64,000 bases of DNA from a bacterium GBS-1 (GTDB taxonomy: Bacteria > Synergistota > GBS-1): the NCBI GenBank assembly GCA_001443005.1, contig LEKQ01000005.1, positions 64,809 through 128,808 of the forward strand, read 5' to 3'. Made by a program: the position numbers and the translations under genes. Shown piece by piece: positions 49,335 to 58,691 of the stretch. The notes under the pieces were generated by a model. The model saw only the letters and a program-made list of their open reading frames with translations. It was not told the DNA's origin and ran no database searches. The stretch's first letter is position 1, and each line of letters opens with the position of its first letter.

Positions 49335-50639
49335 ATGTTGAGAAGCCTATACTCTGGTATATCTGGTTTAAAGAATCACTTAATAGATCTTGATGTTATA
49401 GGTAATAACATCTCGAACGTTAACACTATAGGCTTTAAGAAGAGTAGGGTTACTTTCAAAGATGTCCTGTATCAGACGCTAAGGAACGCTATGGCTCCCA
49501 CTGGTGCTATAGGGGGGATAAACCCCATGGAGCTCGGTATGGGGATGCAGCTTGGAGCGATAGATACGATATTCACTCAAGGTACCCCTCAGATGACGGG
49601 GAATAGCACTGACCTGATGCTTCAGGGAGATGGTTTTTTCGTCGTTAGCAACGGCACAAGCTACTACTACACCAGAGCAGGAGCCTTCTCCATGGATTCA
49701 AACGGAACCTTCGTTGATCCGGCGACCGGCTTTATCCTTCAGGGATGGGCAGCGAGCATATCAGCCGATGGGACTACTATAGTGGACACGACATCCTTGG
49801 TTCCAATAAGGGTAGAGGTTGGTTCTAAGCTGCCGGGGAAAGATACGACTAGGATAGATTTAGGGTGTAACCTCGACGCTTCGGCCTCCATAGGCACATC
49901 CTATAACACTTGGACCCAGGTGTACGATTCTCTGGGAAACACTCACGACCTTAAGATATCCGTTGTAAAGGTGGACCAGAACAGGTGGGTGGTTGGGTGG
50001 GTCTTAACATATAAAACCCCCGCTGGCAGCATAGGGGTGGCGGCTTCCGGCTTTCTCGCATCACTAACCTTCAACAGTAACGGTCTTCTCGATGTAACTA
50101 ACGATGTTACTGGGGTTATTAACATACCGCAAAACCCTATAACTTCATCCATCTTCAGTGGAGCAACTCTACCTCAGAGCATAACGGTTTACTTTGCCCA
50201 TAAGGGGGATGCCATAGGAGGGGTTACACAGTTTGCTTCTGATTTCACGATGTCGGCGAAGTATGTCGATGGTTATCCGATGGGAGTGCTTAAGAGCTTC
50301 ACCGTAGATCAGTCTGGGCTTGTAAGTGGCGTTTACAGTAACGGTAGAACTCAACCTCTTTATAAGCTTGCGGTAGCGGTTTTCAACAACCCATCGGGTT
50401 TAATCAAAGTTGGCAATACCCTTTTTGCTGAGAGCTATAATTCAGGGAAGGCTCAGCTTAAGTTTGCTGGCGAGGGGGGAGCAGGCGTTGTCTTGCAGGG
50501 CTATCTTGAGATGTCCAACGTTGATCTGGCCGAGGAGTTCGTGAACATGATCGTCGCTCAAAGGGGCTTTCAAGCGAACACAAGGGTTATAACGACTGCT
50601 GATGAGAACTTAAGGGACCTCGTTAACCTTAAGAGATAA
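49335..50639 (+). CDS. flgE: Flagellar hook protein
   Basis: MLRSLYSGISG, NNISNVNTIGFK, YTRAG, LEMSNVDLAEEF, QRGFQAN. Confidence 0.94.
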   Translation: MLRSLYSGISGLKNHLIDLDVIGNNISNVNTIGFKKSRVTFKDVLYQTLRNAMAPTGAIGGINPMELGMGMQLGAIDTIFTQGTPQMTGNSTDLMLQGDGFFVVSNGTSYYYTRAGAFSMDSNGTFVDPATGFILQGWAASISADGTTIVDTTSLVPIRVEVGSKLPGKDTTRIDLGCNLDASASIGTSYNTWTQVYDSLGNTHDLKISVVKVDQNRWVVGWVLTYKTPAGSIGVAASGFLASLTFNSNGLLDVTNDVTGVINIPQNPITSSIFSGATLPQSITVYFAHKGDAIGGVTQFASDFTMSAKYVDGYPMGVLKSFTVDQSGLVSGVYSNGRTQPLYKLAVAVFNNPSGLIKVGNTLFAESYNSGKAQLKFAGEGGAGVVLQGYLEMSNVDLAEEFVNMIVAQRGFQANTRVITTADENLRDLVNLKR

Positions 50640-50656
50640 AGGAGGTATAGTTAGGT

Positions 50657-50851
50657 TTGATAAAGTTAACCAGACTTAATGGTAAGGAGTTCGTCGTAAA
50701 TGCGGATCTGATCGAAACTGTTGAAGCTACTCCCGATACGGTTATCACCCTAGTCAACGAGCATAGATACATAGTTAAGGAGTCTGTGGATGAGGTTATA
50801 AGAAGGGTGATCGAGTATAAGCGTGCATTGGGTAGACTTGTCGTGGTATAA
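50657..50851 (+). CDS. flbD: Flagellar protein FlbD/SwrD
   Basis: MIKLTRLNG..VNADLIE..TPDTVITL. Confidence 0.9.
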   Translation: MIKLTRLNGKEFVVNADLIETVEATPDTVITLVNEHRYIVKESVDEVIRRVIEYKRALGRLVVV

Positions 50852-50886
50852 TGAAAAAGTAATGCTTTTACTGGAATGGTGATAGA

Positions 50887-51681
50887 ATGGATTTAGCAAC
50901 AGCAGCAGGTATCTTTATGGCATGGGCTTTGGTTTTTGGAGCGATAATATTGGGTGGAGATGTTGGTGCGTTTGTGGATGTCCCAGCTTTCTTGATTACC
51001 TTTGGCGGAAGCATATCGGTTGTTTTGGCAAGCAATCCACTTGCGAGGGTGAAGCTCTTACCTCAGCTTCTTAGAAACGCCTTCTTTACGAAGAGTCAGA
51101 ACATGATGGATGTGTTAAATATGATGATAAGGTTCGCTGAGAGGGCGAGAAGGGAGGGTTTACTTGCCTTAGAGGATGAAGCTGCGGCTTTGGAGGATCC
51201 ATTCCTTAAGAAGGGTATACAGCTTGTAGTTGATGGTACCGACCCGGAGTTAGTTAGAAACATACTTGATGCTGAGATATCCTTTCTTGAGGAGAGGCAT
51301 AAGTTAAACAGGTCTGTGTTCGAGACGTGGGGAGAGATGGCACCTGCCTTCGGTATGCTTGGGACCCTTATAGGTTTAATTCAGATGCTTGGGCATCTTG
51401 ATGATCCAAACGCCTTGGGTCCGGGAATGGCAGTAGCCCTTATAACCACATTTTACGGATCTATCATAGCCAATGCCTTCGCTCTCCCCATAGCCAAGAA
51501 GCTAGCGGTTAGGACGGAGGAGGAGGTCTTGCTTAGGGAGATGATCGTTGAGGGGGTTCTTGCGATACAGGCGGGTGAGAATCCCAGGATAGTTGAGGAG
51601 AAGTTGAAAGTCTACTTACCACCGGCTTTGAGGCTTACCTATGAAGGTTCTAAGAAGAAAGCCGAAGAGGAGGCTGCTTAA
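50887..51681 (+). CDS. motA: Flagellar stator protein A
   Basis: ARREGLLALE, DGTDPE, APAFGMLGTLIGL, ALITTFYG. Confidence 0.93.
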   Translation: MDLATAAGIFMAWALVFGAIILGGDVGAFVDVPAFLITFGGSISVVLASNPLARVKLLPQLLRNAFFTKSQNMMDVLNMMIRFAERARREGLLALEDEAAALEDPFLKKGIQLVVDGTDPELVRNILDAEISFLEERHKLNRSVFETWGEMAPAFGMLGTLIGLIQMLGHLDDPNALGPGMAVALITTFYGSIIANAFALPIAKKLAVRTEEEVLLREMIVEGVLAIQAGENPRIVEEKLKVYLPPALRLTYEGSKKKAEEEAA

Positions 51682-51686
51682 AGAGT

Positions 51687-52418
51687 ATGCCTAGGGAGAG
51701 AAGGAAGAAGGGTGAGGAGACTAAGTCTCCCGGTTGGTTAACCACATATGGTGATATGGTCACTTTGCTTCTGACTTTTTTCGTTTTCCTGTTCTCTTTT
51801 TCCACGATAGATGTAATGCAGTTTCAAAAGATGATATTTTCCTTTAAGGGGGCTATAGGAGTTTTAACTGGTGGGAGGACCTTTGATGCGGAGAGGCTAA
51901 TTGGGATGGGTTTCACTGGCATGGATGCTGGCATGTTGAGACAGCAAACCCAGTATCTCAAGGAGGTCATGAAGCAGGTGGAAAGGCTCACCGAGAGGGA
52001 GAACCTTGGTGGGGAGCTTAAGATGAGATTTACGAGGGAGGGGCTCGTTATAACCTTAACGGAAAGCATTCTTTTTGATCCGGGTAGCGCTTCCTTAAAA
52101 CCAGGTGCTATACCTATACTACTTGAGCTTTCAAAAATACTTGCTGAGATCCCAAATGATCTCAGGGTTGAGGGGCACACTGATAACGTTCCTATAAGGA
52201 CACCCATTTATCCATCCAATTGGGAGCTTTCTGCGGCTAGAGCATCTTCCGTTGCTAAGTTCATAATAGATAGGGGGGGAATCGATCCTCGAAGGGTAGC
52301 CATAGCTGGTTATGGCCAGTATAGACCTATAGTTCCAAACGATACGCCCGAGCACAAAGCCCTTAATAGGAGGGTTGACATAGTTATATTAAGCACTAAA
52401 ACCCTCGTTCCCTTTTAA
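51687..52418 (+). CDS. motB: Flagellar stator protein B
   Basis: WLTTYGDMVTLLL, OmpA domain GHTD, NWELSAARA, NRRV. Confidence 0.93.
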   Translation: MPRERRKKGEETKSPGWLTTYGDMVTLLLTFFVFLFSFSTIDVMQFQKMIFSFKGAIGVLTGGRTFDAERLIGMGFTGMDAGMLRQQTQYLKEVMKQVERLTERENLGGELKMRFTREGLVITLTESILFDPGSASLKPGAIPILLELSKILAEIPNDLRVEGHTDNVPIRTPIYPSNWELSAARASSVAKFIIDRGGIDPRRVAIAGYGQYRPIVPNDTPEHKALNRRVDIVILSTKTLVPF

Positions 52419-52433
52419 GGAGGTTGGGGTTAT

Positions 52434-52898
52434 TTGAATCTTAAGTTTAAGTTGCCTATAGACCCAAAGATGATTATAGTGGTTCTGTTGGCGGTGATCC
52501 TTTCAGCTGGTGTTTCCTTCTTCATAGCTCAGAGGGTGATCACAAGCAGGGTTAGCTCAGGCAAGGATGTTCGTCCCGTTGAAAGCGGGCCAATCATGGA
52601 TCTGGGAGAGTTCACCATCAACCTTGCGGACAAGGATGAGACTCGATTTGCGAGGTTTAAGATTTCGTTAGAGGTTAGCAGCACTAAGACCATTGCCGAG
52701 CTTTCTAAACCTGAGTGGAACGTTCGTCTTCGTGATGCTATAATACTTACTGTGAAGGATAAGAAGGCATCGGACCTATCGACATCAGCGGGTCTTTTGT
52801 CTCTTGCGGTCGAGATAAAGACAAACTTAAATAAGATCGTACCTCCGGATAAAGGTAGGATTCTGAGGGTCTATTTTACCGATTTCGTTGTCCAGTGA
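52434..52898 (+). CDS. fliL: Flagellar basal-body protein
   Basis: N-terminal TM, FTINLAD, RDAII, VYFTDFVVQ. Confidence 0.9.
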   Translation: MNLKFKLPIDPKMIIVVLLAVILSAGVSFFIAQRVITSRVSSGKDVRPVESGPIMDLGEFTINLADKDETRFARFKISLEVSSTKTIAELSKPEWNVRLRDAIILTVKDKKASDLSTSAGLLSLAVEIKTNLNKIVPPDKGRILRVYFTDFVVQ

Positions 52899-52909
52899 GG
52901 TGAGGACTG

Positions 52910-53893
52910 GTGCCGGAGATTCTGTCGCAAGATGAAATAGATGCGCTTCTTGAGGCTTTAAGCTCTGGCACCCTAGATGTAGAGGCCATTAAGCAGAAGG
53001 AAACCAAGAAGATAAAAGTTTATGATTTCAAGAGACCCGATAAGTTCTCCAAGGATCAGATAAGGGGTCTCCAGATGATACATGAGAGCTTTGCTCGTCT
53101 TTTAACCACTACTTTATCTGCCAGGGTGCGCTCTGTGGTTCAGATGAAGGTCGTTTCCGTTGATCAGGTGACCTATGAGGAGTTCACTAGGTCTCTACTT
53201 AATCCAACAGTTTTGGTTCTCTTTTCACTGGAGCCCTTGGAAGGGACATCCATACTTGAGATCAACCCATCCTTGATCTTCGCCATAATAGATAGACTGC
53301 TTGGTGGTAGAGGGGAACCTCTTAGGAAGCCCAGGGAGCTCACAGATATAGAGGTAACCGTAGTTAGAAGGTTGATAGATGACTTTCTCTCGGTTTTGGA
53401 GGAGGCATGGGGGCATGTGGTTGAGCTTAAGCTTCGGTTTGAAGGCTTAGAGACCAATCCGCAATTTGTTCAGATAGCTCCTCCGAATGATATGACGGCT
53501 GTTGTGACGTTGGATGCTAAGGTGGGAGATATAGAGGGGATGATAAACCTTTGTTTTCCGTACTTTATTCTTGAACCTATAGTTTCGAAGCTCAGCGCTC
53601 AGTACTGGTTCTCCGCAATAAGAAAAGAGACTCCTCCTGAGATGCTTGAGAACCTTAAAAGAAGGTTGGAGAGGGTTAGGATTCCTGTTTCTGTCGAGCT
53701 CGGCACATCTTCAATAACTGTGGAAGAGCTTCTTAATCTGGATGTGGGTGATGTTATACTCTTAAATGAGAAAGTTAACTCCTTGGTAAGCATAAAGGTG
53801 GGAGAGAGGGTGAAGTTCAAGGGTAAGGTTGGGACCGTGGGAAGGAAGCTCGCTGTCCGTGTGGAGAGTTTAGCGGCAGAGGAGGAGTTTTAA
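52910..53893 (+). CDS. fliM: Flagellar motor switch protein
   Basis: ILSQDEIDALL, YDFKRPDKFSK, ETNPQF, SpoA domain. Confidence 0.95.
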   Translation: MPEILSQDEIDALLEALSSGTLDVEAIKQKETKKIKVYDFKRPDKFSKDQIRGLQMIHESFARLLTTTLSARVRSVVQMKVVSVDQVTYEEFTRSLLNPTVLVLFSLEPLEGTSILEINPSLIFAIIDRLLGGRGEPLRKPRELTDIEVTVVRRLIDDFLSVLEEAWGHVVELKLRFEGLETNPQFVQIAPPNDMTAVVTLDAKVGDIEGMINLCFPYFILEPIVSKLSAQYWFSAIRKETPPEMLENLKRRLERVRIPVSVELGTSSITVEELLNLDVGDVILLNEKVNSLVSIKVGERVKFKGKVGTVGRKLAVRVESLAAEEEF

Positions 53894-54988
53894 ATGAGTG
53901 ATGCTTTGTTAACGCAGGAAGAGATAGACGCCCTTCTTAGGGCGCAGGTGAGTAAACCGAAGACGGGAGGTTTTCTCTCCCCTGAGGAGCTAGATGCTCT
54001 TAGGGAGATCGGCAACATAGTTATGGGCTCTGCTTCAACCGTTTTGTCCATGCTTGTAAATAGGAGCGTTGAAATAGTCGTTAGGGATGTTAAGGATGGG
54101 GCTTTAAGGGATGTTTATGGTATTAAGGGCGGGAGTAACCTTATCTTAAGGATAACCTTTACCGAAGGGTTAAGCGGTGAGTCCGCTATAGTGCTCAGTG
54201 AGAAAGGAGCTCTTCTTATAGCTGATCTTATGATGGGAGGGGATGGTTCTAGCCTTCCGGGAGAGCTAAATGAGCTTTATCAGAGCGCCGTTAATGAGGC
54301 CCTTAGTCAGATGATGGGATCAATGGCGACGACTCTTTCAACCCTCCTTGGAGGGAAGTATGTTATACTTCCTCCTTCTTCGGAAAGGGTGGTTTTTGAA
54401 TCTAAGCCTCCCTTGATAAAGGGCTTAGGCGAGGAGGATATGGTAGTCTGCATAATATATAGCTTTAAGATTGGAGAGGATTTTGAAGAAGAAATGCTGC
54501 ACGTTTTCCCATTAGATATGGCTAAAGCGATGGTATCTAAGCTCCTTAAGAGGGCAAGTGAGCCAGAGGAAAGACCGGTCGTTGAGCAACCTGAGAGGAA
54601 GGGGCGCGTTGAAGCAGGGGAGGCTCCAACACCCTCCGTTTCTAAGGAGACTCCTAAGGTTGCAGCGGTTGAGGCTAAGCCTGTGCAGTTTGCTCCTCTG
54701 CAGACGGTTCAGGCTCCCTCCGTTCCTCCCAAGAACATAAATCTCATCCTTGATATTCCTCTTAAGGTTACCGTAGAGCTTGGGAAGACGGAGATGCTCA
54801 TAAGGGATATACTCAATCTGGGGCCGGGTTCTATAATAGAGTTGGATAAGCTTGCTGGTGAGCCTGTTGAGGTTCTGGTTAACGGAAAGCCTATAGCGCG
54901 AGGGGAGGTTGTCGTTATAGACGAAAACTTCGGTGTTAGAATAACAGATATAATCTCGCCGAGAGAGAGATTAGAGAAGCTTACGTAA
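53894..54988 (+). CDS. fliY: Flagellar switch phosphatase FliY (CheC domain + FliN)
   Basis: LLTQEEIDALL, EIGN, C-terminal FliN domain VELG..GEVVVIDENFGVRIT. Confidence 0.9.
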   Translation: MSDALLTQEEIDALLRAQVSKPKTGGFLSPEELDALREIGNIVMGSASTVLSMLVNRSVEIVVRDVKDGALRDVYGIKGGSNLILRITFTEGLSGESAIVLSEKGALLIADLMMGGDGSSLPGELNELYQSAVNEALSQMMGSMATTLSTLLGGKYVILPPSSERVVFESKPPLIKGLGEEDMVVCIIYSFKIGEDFEEEMLHVFPLDMAKAMVSKLLKRASEPEERPVVEQPERKGRVEAGEAPTPSVSKETPKVAAVEAKPVQFAPLQTVQAPSVPPKNINLILDIPLKVTVELGKTEMLIRDILNLGPGSIIELDKLAGEPVEVLVNGKPIARGEVVVIDENFGVRITDIISPRERLEKLT

Positions 54989-55028
54989 TTTGATTAAAAA
55001 TTTCCTCAGGAAGGGAGAGATGGGTTAT

Positions 55029-55394
55029 ATGGGTGCTCGCGTTTTAATAGTAGATGATGCGGCCTTTATGAGGATGATGCTTAGGGATATTCTGACGAAA
55101 AACGGATATGAGGTAGCAGGAGAGGCTGAGAACGGGGCTCAAGCTGTTGAGAGGTACAAGGAAGTGAAACCTGATTTGGTGACGATGGATATAACCATGC
55201 CTGAGATGGATGGGATAACCGCGGTGAGGGAGATAAAAAAGATAGATCCTGCTGCTAAGATAGTTATGGTGAGTGCTATGGGACAGCAGGCAATGGTGAT
55301 AGAGGCCATTCAGGCGGGAGCTATAGATTTCGTCGTTAAGCCTTTTCAGCCGGATAGGGTTATAGAGGCGGTTAAGAAAGCTTTAAGCAGGTAA
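55029..55394 (+). CDS. cheY: Chemotaxis response regulator (start revised to ATG 55029; 55020 possible)
   Basis: VLIVDDAAFMRMML, MDITMPEMDG, SAMGQQ, KPF. Confidence 0.95.
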   Translation: MGARVLIVDDAAFMRMMLRDILTKNGYEVAGEAENGAQAVERYKEVKPDLVTMDITMPEMDGITAVREIKKIDPAAKIVMVSAMGQQAMVIEAIQAGAIDFVVKPFQPDRVIEAVKKALSR

Positions 55395-55784
55395 ATGCCC
55401 TTGACTTTGGTCTCTATCGCTTTAGCGCTAGATGAGGCTTCTCAGCTTAAGCTCCCCAGCTTTGGGGAGCTAATTATTAAGTCCATAATAGCTGTAGTTA
55501 TAGTTAGTCTCGTAATTGTGTTCTTCTTTTGGTATATAAGGGGATTTTTAAGGAGGGTTGGAGGGAGCGAGCTCATAAAGGTAATAGATAGGGTTTATTT
55601 AGATACAAGGAGGTTCCTTTGCGTGGTTAAGGTTGGTGAGAGATATTTCCTTCTGGGGGTAGGAGAGGGGGGGATAAACTTCATAGCTGAGCTTGAGAAG
55701 GTAGCTTCCACGGAAGGGGAAGAAGTTGCTTTTAAGTCTTCCTTTAGGAAGCAGCTTGAGAAGCTTTTGGGGAAGAGAGATTAG
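55395..55784 (+). CDS. fliO: Flagellar biosynthesis protein FliO/FliZ
   Basis: One TM then IKVIDR..L...VKVGE..LLGV...I; lies between cheY and fliP. Confidence 0.8.
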   Translation: MPLTLVSIALALDEASQLKLPSFGELIIKSIIAVVIVSLVIVFFFWYIRGFLRRVGGSELIKVIDRVYLDTRRFLCVVKVGERYFLLGVGEGGINFIAELEKVASTEGEEVAFKSSFRKQLEKLLGKRD

Positions 55785-55785
55785 G

Positions 55786-56538
55786 ATGAGGGGTATTATT
55801 TTTTTTACCCTCTTTTTTCTTTTGGTCTTTAACTCTTTCGCTTTTGCACAGCCTCCGCCCATTCCCGTTCCGAGGATAAATCTTGGGTTTGAGCCCGCGA
55901 AAGGGCCGGAGGATGTAGCATTAAGCTTGCAGATACTCTTTTTGCTTACCGTTCTCTCTCTTGCTCCAGCTATCATTCTTATGGTCACATCCTTCACGAG
56001 AATAGTTATAGTTCTTTCCTTTGTTAGGAACGCTTTAGCTACTCAGCAGATTCCTCCGACGCAGGTGCTGGTTGGCTTGGCCCTATTTTTGACCCTATTT
56101 GTGATGATGCCTGTTTGGACGGATATAAACTCTCATGCTCTTCAACCCTATCTTAAGGGAGAGATCTCGGCTCAGCAGGCTTTAAATAACGCTGTTAAGC
56201 CCTTGAGGGAGTTCATGTTTAGGCAAACGAGAGAGAACGATATAGCCTTGATGTTTAGATTGGCTAAGTTGGAGAGACCTAGAAACAGGGATGATGTTCC
56301 AACGCATATTCTTATACCCGCTTTCATGCTAAGCGAACTTAGGATAGCCTTTGAGATGGGGGTTTTGATATACGTTCCCTTTATAATTGTAGATATGGTC
56401 GTTGCAAGCGTCTTGATGTCCATGGGTATGATCATGCTTCCCCCCATGATGATATCCCTTCCTTTTAAGCTTTTGCTCTTCGTTTTAGTTGATGGGTGGG
56501 ACCTTGTGGTCGGGTCTCTCGTAGCCAGCTTTAGGTAA
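55786..56538 (+). CDS. fliP: Flagellar export gate protein (start revised to ATG 55786)
   Basis: Signal peptide, [34 protein letters not shown]. Confidence 0.95.
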   Translation: MRGIIFFTLFFLLVFNSFAFAQPPPIPVPRINLGFEPAKGPEDVALSLQILFLLTVLSLAPAIILMVTSFTRIVIVLSFVRNALATQQIPPTQVLVGLALFLTLFVMMPVWTDINSHALQPYLKGEISAQQALNNAVKPLREFMFRQTRENDIALMFRLAKLERPRNRDDVPTHILIPAFMLSELRIAFEMGVLIYVPFIIVDMVVASVLMSMGMIMLPPMMISLPFKLLLFVLVDGWDLVVGSLVASFR

Positions 56539-56547
56539 AGGGGAGGG

Positions 56548-56823
56548 GTGATTATGACGGATAGCTTGGCGATCGAGGTTATGAGGAAGGCTTTATTTAC
56601 AACTATCTTGGTGTCAGCTCCTATGCTTGGCGTAGCTTTAGTGGTAGGGGTTATAGTTAGTATACTTCAAACTGCCACTTCGATTCAGGAGCAGAGTCTC
56701 ACCTTCATACCAAAGATAGTTGCAGTGTTCTTCAGCATCATCTACTTTGGGCCTTGGATGTTCCGCCTTGTAATCGACTTCACCCTTGGACTCTGGGGCT
56801 CTTTCCCAGTAATATTAAAGTGA
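56548..56823 (+). CDS. fliQ: Flagellar export gate protein
   Basis: QTATSIQEQSLTFIPK, GPWM. Confidence 0.94.
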   Translation: MIMTDSLAIEVMRKALFTTILVSAPMLGVALVVGVIVSILQTATSIQEQSLTFIPKIVAVFFSIIYFGPWMFRLVIDFTLGLWGSFPVILK

Positions 56824-56830
56824 TAAAGCT

Positions 56831-57601
56831 GTGGAAGATATATTAAGGCAGTTTGACGCCTTTCTCTTGGCTTTTTTAAGGATAACGGCTTTTTTGTTTT
56901 TTATGCCTGTTTTCAGTAGCAGGGTTATACCCGCTTTAGCTCGCTTGGGCTTGGCTTTCTTTCTTACCCTTTGTCTCTTTTATCCCTTTTCTTCCCTGTT
57001 CAAGATATCTCCCCTTTCTTCATGGGAGCTTGGACTTTACGCTTTAAGGGAGTTTTTCGTTGGGATAGTTATGGGAACCTTCGTTTCCATAATATTTTCA
57101 GCTTTCCAACTTGCTGGCACCATATATGGCTATCAGATGGGCTTCGGTGTTATCTCGATTCTGGATCCGGAGGCCATGGAGAGCGTAAGCCTCACGGGGC
57201 AGCTGAAGTATCTTTTGGCCATGTTTCTCTTCCTTGAGACGAACTGTCACCATAACCTTCTTTTAGCTCTCTTTAATAGCTTTAACGTCGTCCCTCTTGG
57301 TAGTGCGAAGATCACAAAGGGGTTAGTGAAGGAGATCTTTTTGGTATTCAGCGGTAGCTTCATTATAGCTGTTCAGATAGCCCTTCCAATTATTGCCATT
57401 CTCCTTATGATAGATATAGCTTTAGGTATCATAGGTAGAACTATACCTCAGCTTAACGTGTTTATAATAGGTTTTCCCCTAAAAATTGGGGTTGCTACGT
57501 TAACCTTGATTTTTCTATTACCTGCCCTAAGGGTTTTGATGGGAGGATTGTTGAATGGACTCGCACAGGGGGTTGACAAGGTGCTCTTTTATATTAAATA
57601 G
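56831..57601 (+). CDS. fliR: Flagellar export gate protein
   Basis: AG...QMGF..DP, RTIPQLNVFIIGFPLK. Confidence 0.92.
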   Translation: MEDILRQFDAFLLAFLRITAFLFFMPVFSSRVIPALARLGLAFFLTLCLFYPFSSLFKISPLSSWELGLYALREFFVGIVMGTFVSIIFSAFQLAGTIYGYQMGFGVISILDPEAMESVSLTGQLKYLLAMFLFLETNCHHNLLLALFNSFNVVPLGSAKITKGLVKEIFLVFSGSFIIAVQIALPIIAILLMIDIALGIIGRTIPQLNVFIIGFPLKIGVATLTLIFLLPALRVLMGGLLNGLAQGVDKVLFYIK

Positions 57602-58685
57602 ATTCGATCTTCAGATATTCGCTGAGGAGAGAACGGAGCCAGCTACCCCAAGGAGGAGAAGAAGGGTCAGAGAAGAAGGGCAAGTTGCAAGGAGCACTGA
57701 GCTTAACTCCTTCGCTGTGGTGAGCGTTGGCTTAATTGCGATACTCCTTCTTGGGAAGTCTATGGAGAAGGAGCTTCTTTCCCTTCTCCAAACCTTTTTA
57801 TCAAACCTTCACATTGTCACTTACAGGGAGATGAATCTGAGCGCTGTTATAAGTGCAGAGACCGATTTGATTAGGTTTTTCCTCGGTATCTTAAGTCCCA
57901 TCTTCTTGCTTTCTCTGATTACCGCCGTAGCCGTTAACGTGGTTCAAGTGGGCTTTCATGTGACCTTCAAGCCCCTTGCTTTTAACCTCAATAGATTGAA
58001 TCCTGTGGTTAACCTAGGTAGAATCTTCTCCTTAAGGTCCTTGGTCGAGCTCGTTAAGGGAACAGTCAAGGCTTTGGCGATAGGCTATCTTATGTATAGG
58101 TTCATAAAGGCGGATTACCCTATATACCTTGACTCGCTTTTCATCTCATTCCCTGCGAACCTCGCTGTAATCACTAAGTTGATTTTTTTTACTCTTATTA
58201 AGATATTGCCCCTTCTTTTGATTTTAGCGATAATAGATTATACTTATCAGAGATGGGAGTTTGAGAGGAGCATTCGCATGAGCAAATATGAGATAAAGGA
58301 GGAGTATAAGCAGGTTGAAGGCGATCCGAGGATAAAAGCTAAGATAAGGGAGAAGCAGAGGGAGCTTGCGAGAAGAAGGATGATGCAGGAGGTTCCAAAG
58401 GCTCAAGTTGTTATAACGAACCCTGTTATGGTTGCTGTCGCTTTAAGGTATGATCCTGAGGTTATGAACGCTCCGGTGGTGGTAGCTAAAGGGGAGAGGT
58501 TGGTCGCCGAGAGGATAAGGAAGATAGCTGAGGAGCATGGTGTCCCAATCGTTGAGAACAGAGCTTTAGCTTGGGCTCTATATAAATCTGTCGACATAGG
58601 GGAGGAGATTCCCCCTGAGCTTTACAAAGCGGTGGCTGAGGTTCTCGCCTTTGTATACAGGCTTCAAGAGAAGGAGGTTGCTTAA
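57555..58685 (+). CDS. flhB: Flagellar export switch protein (start uncertain; TTG 57573 possible)
   Basis: ERTEPATPRR, EGDPRIK, VVITNP, APVVVAKG. Confidence 0.94.
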   Translation: MDSHRGLTRCSFILNRFDLQIFAEERTEPATPRRRRRVREEGQVARSTELNSFAVVSVGLIAILLLGKSMEKELLSLLQTFLSNLHIVTYREMNLSAVISAETDLIRFFLGILSPIFLLSLITAVAVNVVQVGFHVTFKPLAFNLNRLNPVVNLGRIFSLRSLVELVKGTVKALAIGYLMYRFIKADYPIYLDSLFISFPANLAVITKLIFFTLIKILPLLLILAIIDYTYQRWEFERSIRMSKYEIKEEYKQVEGDPRIKAKIREKQRELARRRMMQEVPKAQVVITNPVMVAVALRYDPEVMNAPVVVAKGERLVAERIRKIAEEHGVPIVENRALAWALYKSVDIGEEIPPELYKAVAEVLAFVYRLQEKEVA

Positions 58686-58691
58686 GGGAAA

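Noticed and set aside
55799..55806. T8 run in the fliP signal peptide as a phase-variation tract
   Set aside because: Short, in frame, explained by Ile-Phe-Phe codons
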